From contig CM119267.1 of the NCBI GenBank assembly GCA_051294375.1, positions 15,540,105-15,604,104 of the forward strand: a stretch of DNA of 64,000 nucleotides, written 5' to 3'. Below are positions 1 through 10,519 of this stretch, in pieces. This DNA is from Paraspadella gotoi (taxonomy: Eukaryota; Animalia; Chaetognatha). Every line of letters starts with the position of its first letter. The stretch's first letter is position 1. The position numbers and the translations under genes were made by a program. The notes beneath the pieces are model-generated. The model did no database searches. It saw only the letters and a list, made by a program, of their open reading frames with translations, and was not told where the DNA came from.

Positions 1-59
1 GGTCAAACGAAAAGGCCAATCCATCTGATATTTTTTATGAATTTTTATTACTGAATTAG

Positions 60-186
60 AAAAATGTAATAGAGAGACATTTTTAAATTTCAACTTGTAT
101 CCTTGAAAATGAAACGTTTTAAACTTTAACCCTGAATTTTTTCTAACTGGAACGCGTTTATCAAAATGTCTCTCTATTACATTTTT
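60..186. repeat. Small foldback/MITE-like element, probably in an AOAH intron
   Basis: Perfect 24-bp inverted repeat AAAAATGTAATAGAGAGACATTTT (60-83) / AAAATGTCTCTCTATTACATTTTT (163-186). Confidence 0.65.
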
Positions 187-699
187 ACAAATGTTTTTAA
201 GATTGCTAATCAAATTTTTAATTCAATATTATTGCAGTCGTTTAGGCTGCAACTCTTCAAATTCAGTGTAGATTCATTGTAGCTCGAATTTCTTTACCAT
301 CTATTTAACTGAAGATTTTGTTCATGACTGGAAAACCAACAGAGTAACGAGATTAATTGTTTAATTCTCCCCTTCTAAACTAACCCATACCGTGTTTTAA
401 CTTCTTACCTAGAATTTTTTAACAAACAGATTGAAAAAAAAATCTTTAAAAAATGTGCTTACCCATTTAACTTAACAATTTCTTATTTACCGATTTCAAA
501 AAAAATATTTAAAACACAATGTTGACATATGAATAAAAACTTTTTTTTGGTGATTACTGGTGATTACGATGTATTTCTCGATGTATTAGCTCTAATACAT
601 CAATGATTACGTATTGTTATGCTGAATGACCTTTCCTCTTAAAGCAATTTTCGTTAATTTTAGTAAAAAATGAACCCTTTGTACGTCAACGTATTCACG

Positions 700-2592
700 G
701 ATCGACGTACCACGACTCTGGCATGTGAAAATGAGCTCCAGCCGAATCTCCCAGCAGCACGATTCCACGCCTTGCCGTACCGGCGCAAAGTTCGTCCTCA
801 TAGGAGGCACCGGTAACGGGATTAGTTCCAAAGATTCCATTACAATTAGAGTCTTTTTCGACATCTCCAGAGGCCGCAATTCTGCCGGGGTAGATAGATG
901 CGTCGTTATCGTCGCAATCCTCTCCTCGCCAAGAAGAACCTTGAAATGTTAATTTTTTTAAAAAATTACTTAAAAGCGTGCTTTTGTCGGTTTATATAAT
1001 TCTTGTCGTAAAAGAACCCGATTCAAAACAATACCTCGTAGAGTTTTTTGAGTAGAAAAAAAATCGCGGTCCGAGTCGCTCACGACGGAGTGATTCGTAA
1101 AAATTTTTATCACTTCTTCGCAAAGTTCACGAACATATGGCAAATCGCAAAAGGACCATTCTGTAAAGGAAAACTTTTAAGCAAGGCGCAGGGAGAGAGA
1201 TGGCGAAGGGGGAGAAGAAGGAATGAGGAGAAAATGAAGGTCGGAAAAATAAAGGATAAAAGCCTTACCAAAATTAGGAGGACTTCCCAATAAACGCAGA
1301 TCGGAGACGAGTCTGTGAAAAACTTGGCGGGTGGAGGTCTTGGACTGTAAAAATGATTGGTAATGTTTTGGTGTTCTCTTTTTTTTCTGGTTAGCGGATT
1401 TTGGGCGATGAAAAAGAAAGCAGTTGGGCTGAGAAGGATCGTCCATTACGCAGATGTTCAACGAGTGACAAATGGCTTCCGGTGAATGTCTGCTCACGAG
1501 AGAACGAACGATTGACTTGCCAAACCAATAGACGACGGTGCGACACAAGTAAACCCACTGCATTAATAAATAAAGATTAAATACATACAGGAATTGCCTA
1601 CCACATATTTATTAGGGAAGAAAATGATACAATCAATTGCAATCAATATATTTCAGCCATGAGCAAGTCGCGGCGAATAAGTATAAGGATGGAACTTTTG
1701 ATGCAACCAAGAATGAGATTGAGTTCATTAATCTCATTTGCATATTGTCGTATTGGAACCCACTTTTAGGTATTTCAATTATAGTTTAAAGCCTCAGGAT
1801 TAACTCTATGCCTTGACTTGGAACAGAGTTGGCTTCCAATATGGCAGTCCCATTCTCTCTTAGTCATAGTCCTTACTTATTGGGCTAGGAATTATGTCAG
1901 ATGTATTATATATATGTTTATTAATAAAGACTCTCTTTCCTCTATAGCTTATCGATGCTTATGACTTTACTCCCCTTAAGCTAGCTATATGTTCAAGAAT
2001 ACGAGCGTTCTACTACAGCAAGTTAGCATCTCTTATTTAACAAGTAAGTTAATTGGCATATTAATTAGGAATACTACTAGAGCTAAGTAAGTATATTGTT
2101 ATTTTAGGACCATTTAGCTCTCTTACATTGATGTATATAGGCCGGTTTTAAAAAGGAAACCCTTTTTAGAAATTTACCCGAGCTTCCTCTTATCTTATAC
2201 TGTTATTTTAGGACCATTTAGCTCTCTTACATAAGCACCTTGCCCGGGATGAGCTTGCAGAAACTGGTGAGTCCTTGCTCGACAGAGGCGTTGTTGTAAA
2301 CGGCCCATCTTTCGACGAGACCCAGGAGGATGACGCAAGTGGCGCATTCGAAGCCACCGTTGGCGCCACGCTTTGTCGCCGACTGTAAACGCGGTGTCTC
2401 ACGGAGAAGTTTTAAGGGGTTCGATGACGAAGGCGACGTTAAACGAAATTCGCCCGCACTTTTGTTAGGAGCGTTGACTAAGCCTCCGCTCGTAGAAATG
2501 TTCTCCGCGGGTGGAGTTTTTGTCGGTGGCAATAAAATCGTCAATAAAACAAAAACGAGAGTGAAAATGAAAAGGCCGCTTTTATTATCCAT
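700..2592 (-). CDS. AOAH: Acyloxyacyl hydrolase (saposin-like + GDSL lipase), 5' exons; gene continues past the window start
   Basis: Signal peptide and saposin-type ECATCVILLGLVE..FCKLIP in exon 1 (2239-2592). Spliced exons read ICHSLNIC, SDSDRDFFSTQKTLRG-SSWRGEDCDD..DSNCNGIFG..GIVLLGDSAGAHFH (catalytic GDS), matching AOAH motifs. Confidence 0.9.
1682..2231. mobile_element. Solo LTR copy 1 (Gypsy-like), with internal deletion and duplicated end
   Basis: Termini TATAAG...CTTACA, flanked by 4-bp TSD TAAG (1678-1681 / 2232-2235). Highly similar to 4000-4607. Lies in AOAH intron 1. Confidence 0.8.
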
Positions 2593-2631
2593 AGTCGCTT
2601 GATAAGGTCCATAAGAGTAATATACTTAAAA

Positions 2632-2811
2632 TCACTCGGGATCAAGATTGTAGAAAAAAGGAGCCAACATTGGATAAAAGAACCAGAGCAGAAAAATCAA
2701 TCCGCATCCGTAAAAAAGAGTATCTCTCAGAGGAGTTTGATTGTTGGATTCATGAGACACTTTTATGGATCCTATTCTGCTTTGATCGACAGGTTCCGTC
2801 GACATCTTCAT
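2632..2811 (-). CDS. Candidate 59-aa single-pass membrane microprotein or uORF
   Basis: MKMSTEPVDQSRIGSIKVSHESNNQTPLRDTLFYGCGLIFLLWFFYPMLAPFFYNLDPE*. The ATG is directly preceded by acceptor-like TTATTTCAAG, and the ORF fills the ESS2-AOAH gap. Confidence 0.45.
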   Translation of the reverse strand: MKMSTEPVDQSRIGSIKVSHESNNQTPLRDTLFYGCGLIFLLWFFYPMLAPFFYNLDPE

Positions 2812-2889
2812 CTTGAAATAACGGCGAGGATTTGATGATTAAAAGAAATAACATAACTTTCTCAAATACGATCAATAAAGAAAAAAAAA

Positions 2890-5800
2890 TCAGAAGTAAT
2901 CCGCGGCCTTCTTCCTTGTAGGAATTTTTAGATCTAGTCCGTCAGTAAGAGATTGTTTTGTCGCTGGAGTGGCAGCGATGGATTGTGATCCTCCACAAGC
3001 CGATGACGGCTTCTGTCTTCTTAAAAGTCCAGAGGCGGCGATCATCCTTTTTTTCGAGGGCGTAGTCGCCGCGGAGGAAGAGGGAGTCAGGGTCGGAGTT
3101 ACAGGAGTTCGGGGAGACCGAGGGACCTGGCCCCCTTTGGATCTCGAGGAGTCAGGGGTTTTGTCGCCGTACCGAGCCGGTGAGGGCGTGTAACTCGCCT
3201 TGGAAAAAATGAAAACGGTTAAAATTATAAGGGTCAATAATGAGAAAAGGCTATAAACAAACTAAAAAAAAGAAAAAAAAAATTACATGCAGGGCTCGGT
3301 CCGACGGTTTACGAATACCAAGACCGGGCTGTTTGTCCACCAAGCGTTGCGCGGCTGGACTCAGGGTCGGCAAACGACCTGAAAAAAAAAAGATTTTTGG
3401 TGTCTATGTATAATAACACAGCTATGAAAATAGCTGGGACTAATACCAGTGAAAGGGGATTGTTGCGAAGGGTGAGACTTGATTTGATTCAAAGCTTTTT
3501 CTTTTCTCGCCCGGTGACTCTTCGAATGCCGCTCGGCCAAGTCGAGCGCTAGTTTGTCTCGACGAGGAACTTCAGGAATCACGAAGGTGGGGCCGGGGGT
3601 GCGAGGGATGGGAGTGTCCGAGGCGTCGAGTCGGAAAGGGGTTCCTTCGATCTCCCCTGAAAAATTTTTATTTTTAGTTGCACCACGAGTACTAGAATAC
3701 TGATAACAAAATAAATGTGGCACATTTTGTATAATATTTATTTTAGTTGACACTCTATAGATAAATGATTATGGTGTATTAAAATCCACCAACCGATCAT
3801 CAGCGGCCATTGGTGCAGGAGGCAAGTCATTCGCCTCCCAACCAAAAGGTCCGGGGTTCTAGCCCGGTGGTCGCCTAGCAGTTAAGAGTGACGGGGCGCT
3901 TAACCCGCCTGTAACACGGTGTTTCAGCCTGATCCGAAGCTCAGGGACTGCTTATATTGAACTGTTCTGTCACTAACTCATAACAATTATTACTGTCTCT
4001 ATAAGGAAGGAACTTTTGATACAACCAAGAATGAGATTGAGTTCATCAATCTCATTTGCATATTGTCGTATTGACATTGACTTGTCATAAATTCTGTTCC
4101 TGTGTCATTTCATGTTCTCATTTCACGAATTCACTTTTGTCATTAGTGTAGCTATTGATGATAATAATTGATTAGAGAGTTTGGGACATTTATTAATAAT
4201 AATTATCAATTAAACTAACTTATAAATATTCTTATTGGAACCCACTCTTAGGTATTTCAATTATAGTTTAAAGCTTCAGGATGAATTCTATGCTTTGACT
4301 TGGAACAGAGTTGGCTTCCAATATGGCAGTCCCATCCTCTCTGGTCTTAGTTCTTACTTATTGGGTTAGGAATTATGTTAGAAGCATTATATATTTGTTT
4401 ATTAATAAAGACTCTTTCTTTCCTCCATAGGGTATCTATGCTTATGACTTTACTTCCCTTAAGCTAGCTATATGCTTCAAGCATGCGAGTATTCTACCAC
4501 TGCAAATTAGCATCTCTTATTCTACAAGGAAGTTAATTGGTATGTTTATTGGAAATACTACTAGAGCTAAGTTTACTGTTATTTTAGGACCAAATAGCTC
4601 GCTTACATCTCTTCATCATAACGTTTATTACACATATATTTCTTGATAATGTAATCATGTTATCACCCAAAAATATACATGACAAGAAATTTACGGCGGC
4701 GCAACACATTTGAATTACCATTCTTGCTTTTTAAATGTCCAATATGTTTTATTCTTAATACAGTTTTTTTATTTTTGGAACCTTTCAACCTACCCCAAGT
4801 CATGAAGGGAGATTCTTCGACGCCGGGCAACGGAGTGGGGGTGGATACGAAGGCGAATCCATTAACGCGCGGGGTCTCCTCGGCGGCCAGTTCGTTTCCC
4901 TCGACGTCGATCTTGCCTGACTTGGATTGGTTGTTGGCGGCGACGGCGTTGGCCAGAGCCATGGCTTGTTTACCCTCGTCGAACGGGTTGGACAGCAAAC
5001 GGGTGTTGTTGTGCACCTCGAGGAAAAAATATACAAATTATACTCTAGCGGAGAACATTGAACACGGAATAAATGCCAGACATAAAAAAGTCAAAATAAT
5101 TAAATAAAAACTCACAATTTCCCTTGGCTTCGAGGGTCTGTCCTCGGAAATGGACCCCTCGCCATCAGGGATGTACATGAGAGCGTTTCTCGCTTTGTAT
5201 CCCGACCAGAGCTCAATCTGGTTAGGGCGGTTGTCGCTGTTGATCAGGTTGCTGCAACCTCCTTCAAGGTTTTTGCGCCACTCGAGCGCGAGGTCAACGG
5301 CGCCGTCTTTGGCCTTCGCCTCAGCCTCGTGAAGCCACCACCTGAAAAATAAATACGTGGTGATCACTTTTTTAACAAGGCTTGGATCCGTTGTTACAAT
5401 ATGACCGTCGTGATTCAATCCTTTACCATTTGATCCTTCTCTTTTCTTCACCCTCTTCGACAAGTTCGTCAAAGGAGGCATTGTCTTCGCTCGTGTGTCT
5501 CAGCATGTAAGCGTCTAGGCCTTTGACGATTTCCTTAGCCGATTCCTCCTTCGGTGGCGGTTCCTTGTTCCTGACAGCTTCGAGGTCACCGAGGTCGACT
5601 TCCGTTCCGGGTCGACGCGTCGGACCTGAATTGATTGATGAAAAAACGTTAATAAGAGACATCATGGAAGGCGATCGCCAAGTGGACGAACCTGTTGTTG
5701 GTCTACGACCTCCATCCTCGGAAGGGGTGTCGAATGAAGCCGGGGTGGAACCAGTAGTGGAACCAAAGACGGGCGTCTTGGAGCCGCCCCTTTTGGCTTT

Positions 5801-6139
5801 CGGGGTATATTTTGCGGCCAATTCTCGTAGTTTTTCGATGTCCTTTCTTTCGAGGGCGTCGAGGTATTCTTTTTGGGCACGGAGTTTTTCCAAGTCTGGG
5901 AAATAGTCTCTGCGAGGATGAATTTTATTAAATCACATAAGTCACGGGTTTAACGGCCCTGCAATAGCGAATATTATATATATATATGATAATTACCTGA
6001 CTATAATCTTTTCGATTTCGTTTAGGTACGTGTCCTCGTCCAAAACTTTTCGCTTTGGAGGTTTAGGTTTTTTGAAGACGTCGTCGTCAACTTTGGCGAC
6101 TGCTTTTGACGTGGAGGCGGGCGTGATTTCCCAAGACAT
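2890..6139 (-). CDS. ESS2: Splicing factor ESS2/DGCR14 (multi-exon)
   Basis: VLDEDTYLNEIEKIIVRDYFPDLEKL, YMLRHTSEDNASF, KARNALMY, ESPFMTWGEIEGTPFRLD and C-terminal RKKAADYF, joined by GT-AG introns. Confidence 0.93.
3803..3999 (+). mobile_element. tRNA-derived SINE (tRNA-Gly(CCC)-like head 3803-3874)
   Basis: Acceptor stem GCGGCCA/TGGTCGC, A-box TGGTGCAGGAGG and B-box GGTTCTAGCCC. The anticodon stem does not pair and a unique body follows, so this is a SINE rather than a tRNA. Confidence 0.7.
4000..4607. mobile_element. Solo LTR copy 2 (Gypsy-like)
   Basis: Termini TATAAG...CTTACA with 4-bp TSD TCTC (3996-3999 / 4608-4611) and an internal AATAAA. Inserted in the SINE tail within the long ESS2 intron. 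Confidence 0.85.
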
Positions 6140-6365
6140 TTTAACAGTTATATTCTCCACTAATGCTTCCAAACTTCCACTTAATTTAAATAGTTGAGCC
6201 AATCATTGCGTCGCTAAAAAACAATAATAAGATAAATTTATTTAATAAGAATCAACGTGACACTTGTTATCAGACATTTGCGGGGAAAAACCCAAAATAC
6301 ATTTGTAAAAGTCACTGAACAAAGTTATATAACGCAATACGACTCACTAGTGACTATATATATAT

Positions 6366-7589
6366 TTAATAGGAATGATCTAACAATATAATCTGACTAG
6401 AATCCTCCGATATGACTGTCATGTTGGATAAGTGCTCCATGGCGACAATCGTTCCCCCCAAATCCGAAGGCCAACGTCCTTGAGCGGCTTGAATTCTGGA
6501 AACGTGGCATCCGGCGTCCCAGTGTTCTTTCAGCAGTGCCTTGCATGCGGCCAGCTCCGCCTTTAAGGTTTCAGTTTCCTTCTGGAGATTTTCGTTGGAG
6601 ACAGTCAGTTCGTGACAATTGGTCTCGAGCTGCGCGATCCAGGCTTTGCGTTTCAAACGACTCCGACTGGCGGCGACGCGGTTTCGCTCCAGGAGTCTTT
6701 GACGCCTGTCGCGGGGATCATCGTCGTCGTCGTCGTCGTTTTCGTCTTCGAAGGCGGAGTTTCCGGATGCCCGTCTCTTGGCCCCATCACTTTTTGTATC
6801 TTCGTTGGTAGTTTTACTGTCGGCGACGCTTGCTTTGGAGGGAAACGAATCAGGCGGCTCTTTCAAAGTATAATTGTTCGTGGAGGTCAGAACGGGAGGA
6901 TTAGGGTCATCGCTCCGTTGGGATACGACAGATTCGGGAGACATTTCTTGGACAACGTTCGGTCCAGGGATCACAAAGGGTACTTTCCCCTTGCCAGGAA
7001 TCTCGAGGAAGACCAAGGTTCGGCTCGTCGCAGGTTGACTTACAATTCTCAGCGGCATTTGGACGACCGAACGTAAATTTTCGAAAGACGGTTGCGTAGC
7101 CTGGAGGGACGGAGAGGGGAAGGGTACGTCGGGGACAGCGATGTTACCGAAAGGATCATTCGACGAGAGCGATGCAGACCGAGAAACCGAATCGGTGGCG
7201 CTAATGGCGTCGTCTTTTCCCGACTGCGTCTCTTTTGAGCTGCTGCTGACGCTGTTACTGTTACTACCGCCGGCGCCGCCTCCGCCGCAACTCCCTGCCA
7301 ATTCCCGTTTGAACTGTTCTTCAAAAGGATTGGGAGATCCGCGAGGAATTTCCTCGAACAAATGACCCTCGTCCAGGCGAAAAAATTTTGTCGGCGTCGG
7401 CGTCTGGTCCGAGGAAGAGGCGAAAAAAACACGGGGACTGCCGGTTGTCTCCGAGGAGGTGACGTCGGGATGCGTACCGAAGTCGAGGCGCAGGCCGTGT
7501 TTGTTGCGGTGGACGACCAAGTGGTCTTCATTGGCGAAGGTCAAGCCACAGCCAGGCCGTGAGCATCGAAAGGGCTTTGCCTCGGTCAT
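6366..7589 (-). CDS. ATF2/ATF7/CREB5-family transcription factor, single exon, 407 aa
   Basis: N-terminal C2H2 finger KPFRCSRPGCGLTFANEDHLVVHRNKH, MAPK site DQTPTPTKF and bZIP RRQRLLERNRVAASRSRLKRKAWI. Confidence 0.92.
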   Translation of the reverse strand: MTEAKPFRCSRPGCGLTFANEDHLVVHRNKHGLRLDFGTHPDVTSSETTGSPRVFFASSSDQTPTPTKFFRLDEGHLFEEIPRGSPNPFEEQFKRELAGSCGGGGAGGSNSNSVSSSSKETQSGKDDAISATDSVSRSASLSSNDPFGNIAVPDVPFPSPSLQATQPSFENLRSVVQMPLRIVSQPATSRTLVFLEIPGKGKVPFVIPGPNVVQEMSPESVVSQRSDDPNPPVLTSTNNYTLKEPPDSFPSKASVADSKTTNEDTKSDGAKRRASGNSAFEDENDDDDDDDPRDRRQRLLERNRVAASRSRLKRKAWIAQLETNCHELTVSNENLQKETETLKAELAACKALLKEHWDAGCHVSRIQAAQGRWPSDLGGTIVAMEHLSNMTVISEDSSQIILLDHSY

Positions 7590-8165
7590 GGCCTTTTATG
7601 TGAAGGTGAAAAAAGTGAAACATTTCATGGTGACAAGGATTTGGGGAACCAGGGATTAGAATTCGAGTGAAGCATTTCTATTGTTTTTTAAAGCAGTGTT
7701 CTGGCTGCGAGAATCGAAGAAAAAATCGTAGAAAATAAAAAAGCCGAGACGTGAATAGAGTAAATAGTAAAACAAACAATTAGCATTCCCAGGATCACAG
7801 ATGAAAAAAATTTCATTAATACATAATACTAGAAATACGTAATCTCTTTTAAATAATACCAATGAAGCTTGATATTCTTATATTCTCAAAACCCTTCATA
7901 TAAGATCAAGCCGATTAATTGTTCGCGAAAGCTGGACGTGCCTGTGCGTCATCGAAGCTATACTGTATATAGTACATGAGAAATGGGGAAGTTAAGTTGT
8001 GTTTTAATGGTAAATGCGTAAAAGGATAAGACGGACTTGAGAATTTAGCAGGTTTATACGGTAACACGCCGTAAATACTGTTATAATGCTGTTTCTGTGA
8101 TAGTAAATGAGATCGCACCCCAGTTTGCAAAAAATAAAAGTTAGTCGCGTTGAAAGACTCAAGAA

Positions 8166-9011
8166 TCAAGATTGTTGATAATTCACGCAGGCGTCTTTTA
8201 ACGTCTTAACGAATCCAGGTACCCCCGTTTTGGCCGCCCAATTGATTAGCCAAGTAGGAATGGTGCCTTAATAAACACTCGGGAATCAATTTGATTTCTG
8301 TTGATAATGAATTAAAAATTTTCAAAAAACCTTTCGGATCGTCGTAATAGTGTATGAAAGCTGTGGTACCGCCTTCCCCGTCGGAGGTTATAGCTAAAAA
8401 CTGGAAGTATTTTTCTACACGAATGACGCCCTTTTTCTCCTTGACGATTTCCACTCCTCCGCCTGCGATGTCATTGACAAAAATATTTTAACAAGAGAAA
8501 TATAACAAATTCATAATTCCTGAAAAACCGATTACCAGGCAACGTTTCTCCGAGTATAACGTAGACACGATTACCATTTCTCTCCAACTCTTTCAGTTTT
8601 CGAATGTAGACGTAATCTCGGTTGGACATGGGAAACGGATAATTCACGTTCCAATACACGGGACGCTCTTCGCTGAAAAACGAAAAACTTAATAATGAGC
8701 CTGACAGTAATCACAATAACGGAAAGCCTCCCTCACCCTCCGTCAACGCTCCCTCCCTCCGTCACGAACAACTCCTTGACGTAAGAATCCCATTTTTTTC
8801 GGTAGTCGAGATCCATGTAAACTTTGGCGCAGACGTCAGCGGGGACTTTTTTCAGGCGCGCGATCGCCTTGTACGAATAAAGTCCGCTCTCCGGAGAATA
8901 GAGGCGGTAGACGGTGACGTCCTCCGTCTCGATCAGCAACTCCCACCCTTCCAGGTGGGGGCTTTCTAGTTCGTCAGCCGCCGCTTCAAACCGCTCATCC
9001 GCGAAACTCAT
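8166..9011 (-). CDS. PCTP: Phosphatidylcholine transfer protein (START domain), 4 exons
   Basis: MDLDYRKKWDSYVKEL, YWNVNYPFPMSNRDYV and YDDPKGTIPTWLINWAAKTGVPGF. Confidence 0.9.
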
Positions 9012-9157
9012 AATGAATACGACTGCAACGAAAGCAACAGATAAACGTATACGAGGGGGACCGAGAGATGGCTAAAAAAGATGCTAAATGAAAATGACAA
9101 TTATGAGAATATTTTTAAAGTTAAAGTAGTGAATATAAGTGATGTTTGTCGTCGGTT

Positions 9158-10222
9158 TCACTCGTCATCTTCATCGTCCAAGTGACTGAGTTTGATTTCC
9201 TTTTCTTTCCGCGGTTTTTTTTCTCCACGATCGACGCCACGTTTCCGACTCTTTTTCGGTTCAGCACCGACGACGTACTCCTTCATCATGCGTTTAGAAC
9301 CGGCGCAGCCGAACCCCTCGCCCAACGGTGATTTTTCATCGGCGAGTTTTTCTTTCGTTTCTGGGCGATCGTCTGCAGCGGCGTCTTCGTCGTCGGCGTC
9401 ATCGGATTTCGAGTCATCGCCGATGCGCCGTCTTTTCGCTTCGGCTCCGCTTCTTTTTTTCGACAAGCCGACGGGCGCCTTGAAAATAATCTTTGTAGGC
9501 TCGTCCTCGCCTGCTCCCTGCGCTTCCCCACCATTGCCCGCCTCTTCCTTTTCCCTTCTTATTCTGAGGTCGTCCAAAAAGGCGAAAGCGGCGGATCTGT
9601 TGGACGAATCTGTCACGTCCTGTACGTCTTCCAGCGAGTAGCGTGTCCATCCGTCTGGATTCTTCATGAAGCCGGGCCGCGCCGGGCGATTGTCTCTTTT
9701 ACGTTTACGTTGAGGGACCGCGCGGGGGACTTTGAAATCGCTCCGGGGCATTGAAGATGTAGACGACGTCGATTCCCCGCCGCCACTGCCGAACACAACG
9801 TCTTTCACGTTGCGATGAATGTCTTCAAAAGCGTCACGCCGCTCGCTGTTCCGCTCTCTTCTCCTCGCTTCGGATAAGAGTCTCGAGTCGAAGCGATCCG
9901 TCTTCGACTCGTCGTCATTCTTGAGACAGGCCTCGGCCTTCTCCCTGAGTCGCTTGTTATTGGAAACGGCCTTGACGAAGGCGTCGTGCTTTTGCTCAAT
10001 CACGCCTAAATTGGAGAAAATATCTTGTGCCTTTCGATCGAAGGCGGAATTGCCGTCCGAGGCGAGGACGAAAGGTTCCGGTTCGGCGGAGGAAGACGTT
10101 GATCTTGAACCGCACGAGGATTGTCCCGAACCGTGAAGGATTGCGAGACCTTCGTCGACCGCGGAAGAGTCGGAAAAGACCGTGGAAGGGAGGGCGGGGG
10201 ATGGAAGGCGCTCGCCCGACAT
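9158..10222 (-). CDS. TSSC4: TSSC4 (U5 snRNP chaperone), single exon
   Basis: NPDGWTRYSLEDV, SNRSAAFAFL, KRMMKEYVVG and C-terminal IKLSHLDDED. The first in-frame ATG is at 10222. Confidence 0.88.
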   Translation of the reverse strand: MSGERLPSPALPSTVFSDSSAVDEGLAILHGSGQSSCGSRSTSSSAEPEPFVLASDGNSAFDRKAQDIFSNLGVIEQKHDAFVKAVSNNKRLREKAEACLKNDDESKTDRFDSRLLSEARRRERNSERRDAFEDIHRNVKDVVFGSGGGESTSSTSSMPRSDFKVPRAVPQRKRKRDNRPARPGFMKNPDGWTRYSLEDVQDVTDSSNRSAAFAFLDDLRIRREKEEAGNGGEAQGAGEDEPTKIIFKAPVGLSKKRSGAEAKRRRIGDDSKSDDADDEDAAADDRPETKEKLADEKSPLGEGFGCAGSKRMMKEYVVGAEPKKSRKRGVDRGEKKPRKEKEIKLSHLDDEDDE

Positions 10223-10519
10223 CTGGCGGATCTTTTGTTTCTGGATGTTCTTAAAACAATGACTCAACGAAACTAGAAACGTTAAATTTAAAACAAAAAG
10301 ATTGAAGCCAGATAAAATCATTAAACTAATACACGAAAATACATATTAAAAAATCGAATTTGATCATCATCAACTTGAAAACTACGGCGTCATCAAATAG
10401 GAATTTTTAGCAGCGAAGCGAAGCATAGTGAAAATTAAAGCTATTAATTATTTGCTATTAAAAATTTTGCTAAGTTTTCGCAATTCGCAACTCTCAAAAA
10501 TGAAAACATTCGAAATTCG

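Larger units (their letters stand above)
3671..4705. mobile_element. Helentron/HINE-like non-autonomous element carrying a nested SINE and LTR
   Basis: End TTTTTAGTTGCACCACGAGTACT (3671-) matches the reverse complement of 47905-47934 (TTTTTAGTTGCGCCGCGAGTACT). Inverted partner GCGGCGCAAC at 4696-4705. Confidence 0.5.

Noticed and set aside
3803-3874. Functional tRNA-Gly(CCC) gene
   Set aside because: The anticodon and D stems do not pair, the T-loop is altered and the sequence continues into a SINE-like body.
3677-4705. 10-bp G-U-containing bridge across the long ESS2 intron as an evolved splicing clamp
   Set aside because: The arms match the ends of the repeat family also seen at 47905-47934, and the wobble positions are CpG-to-CpA changes. 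A transposon origin explains it.
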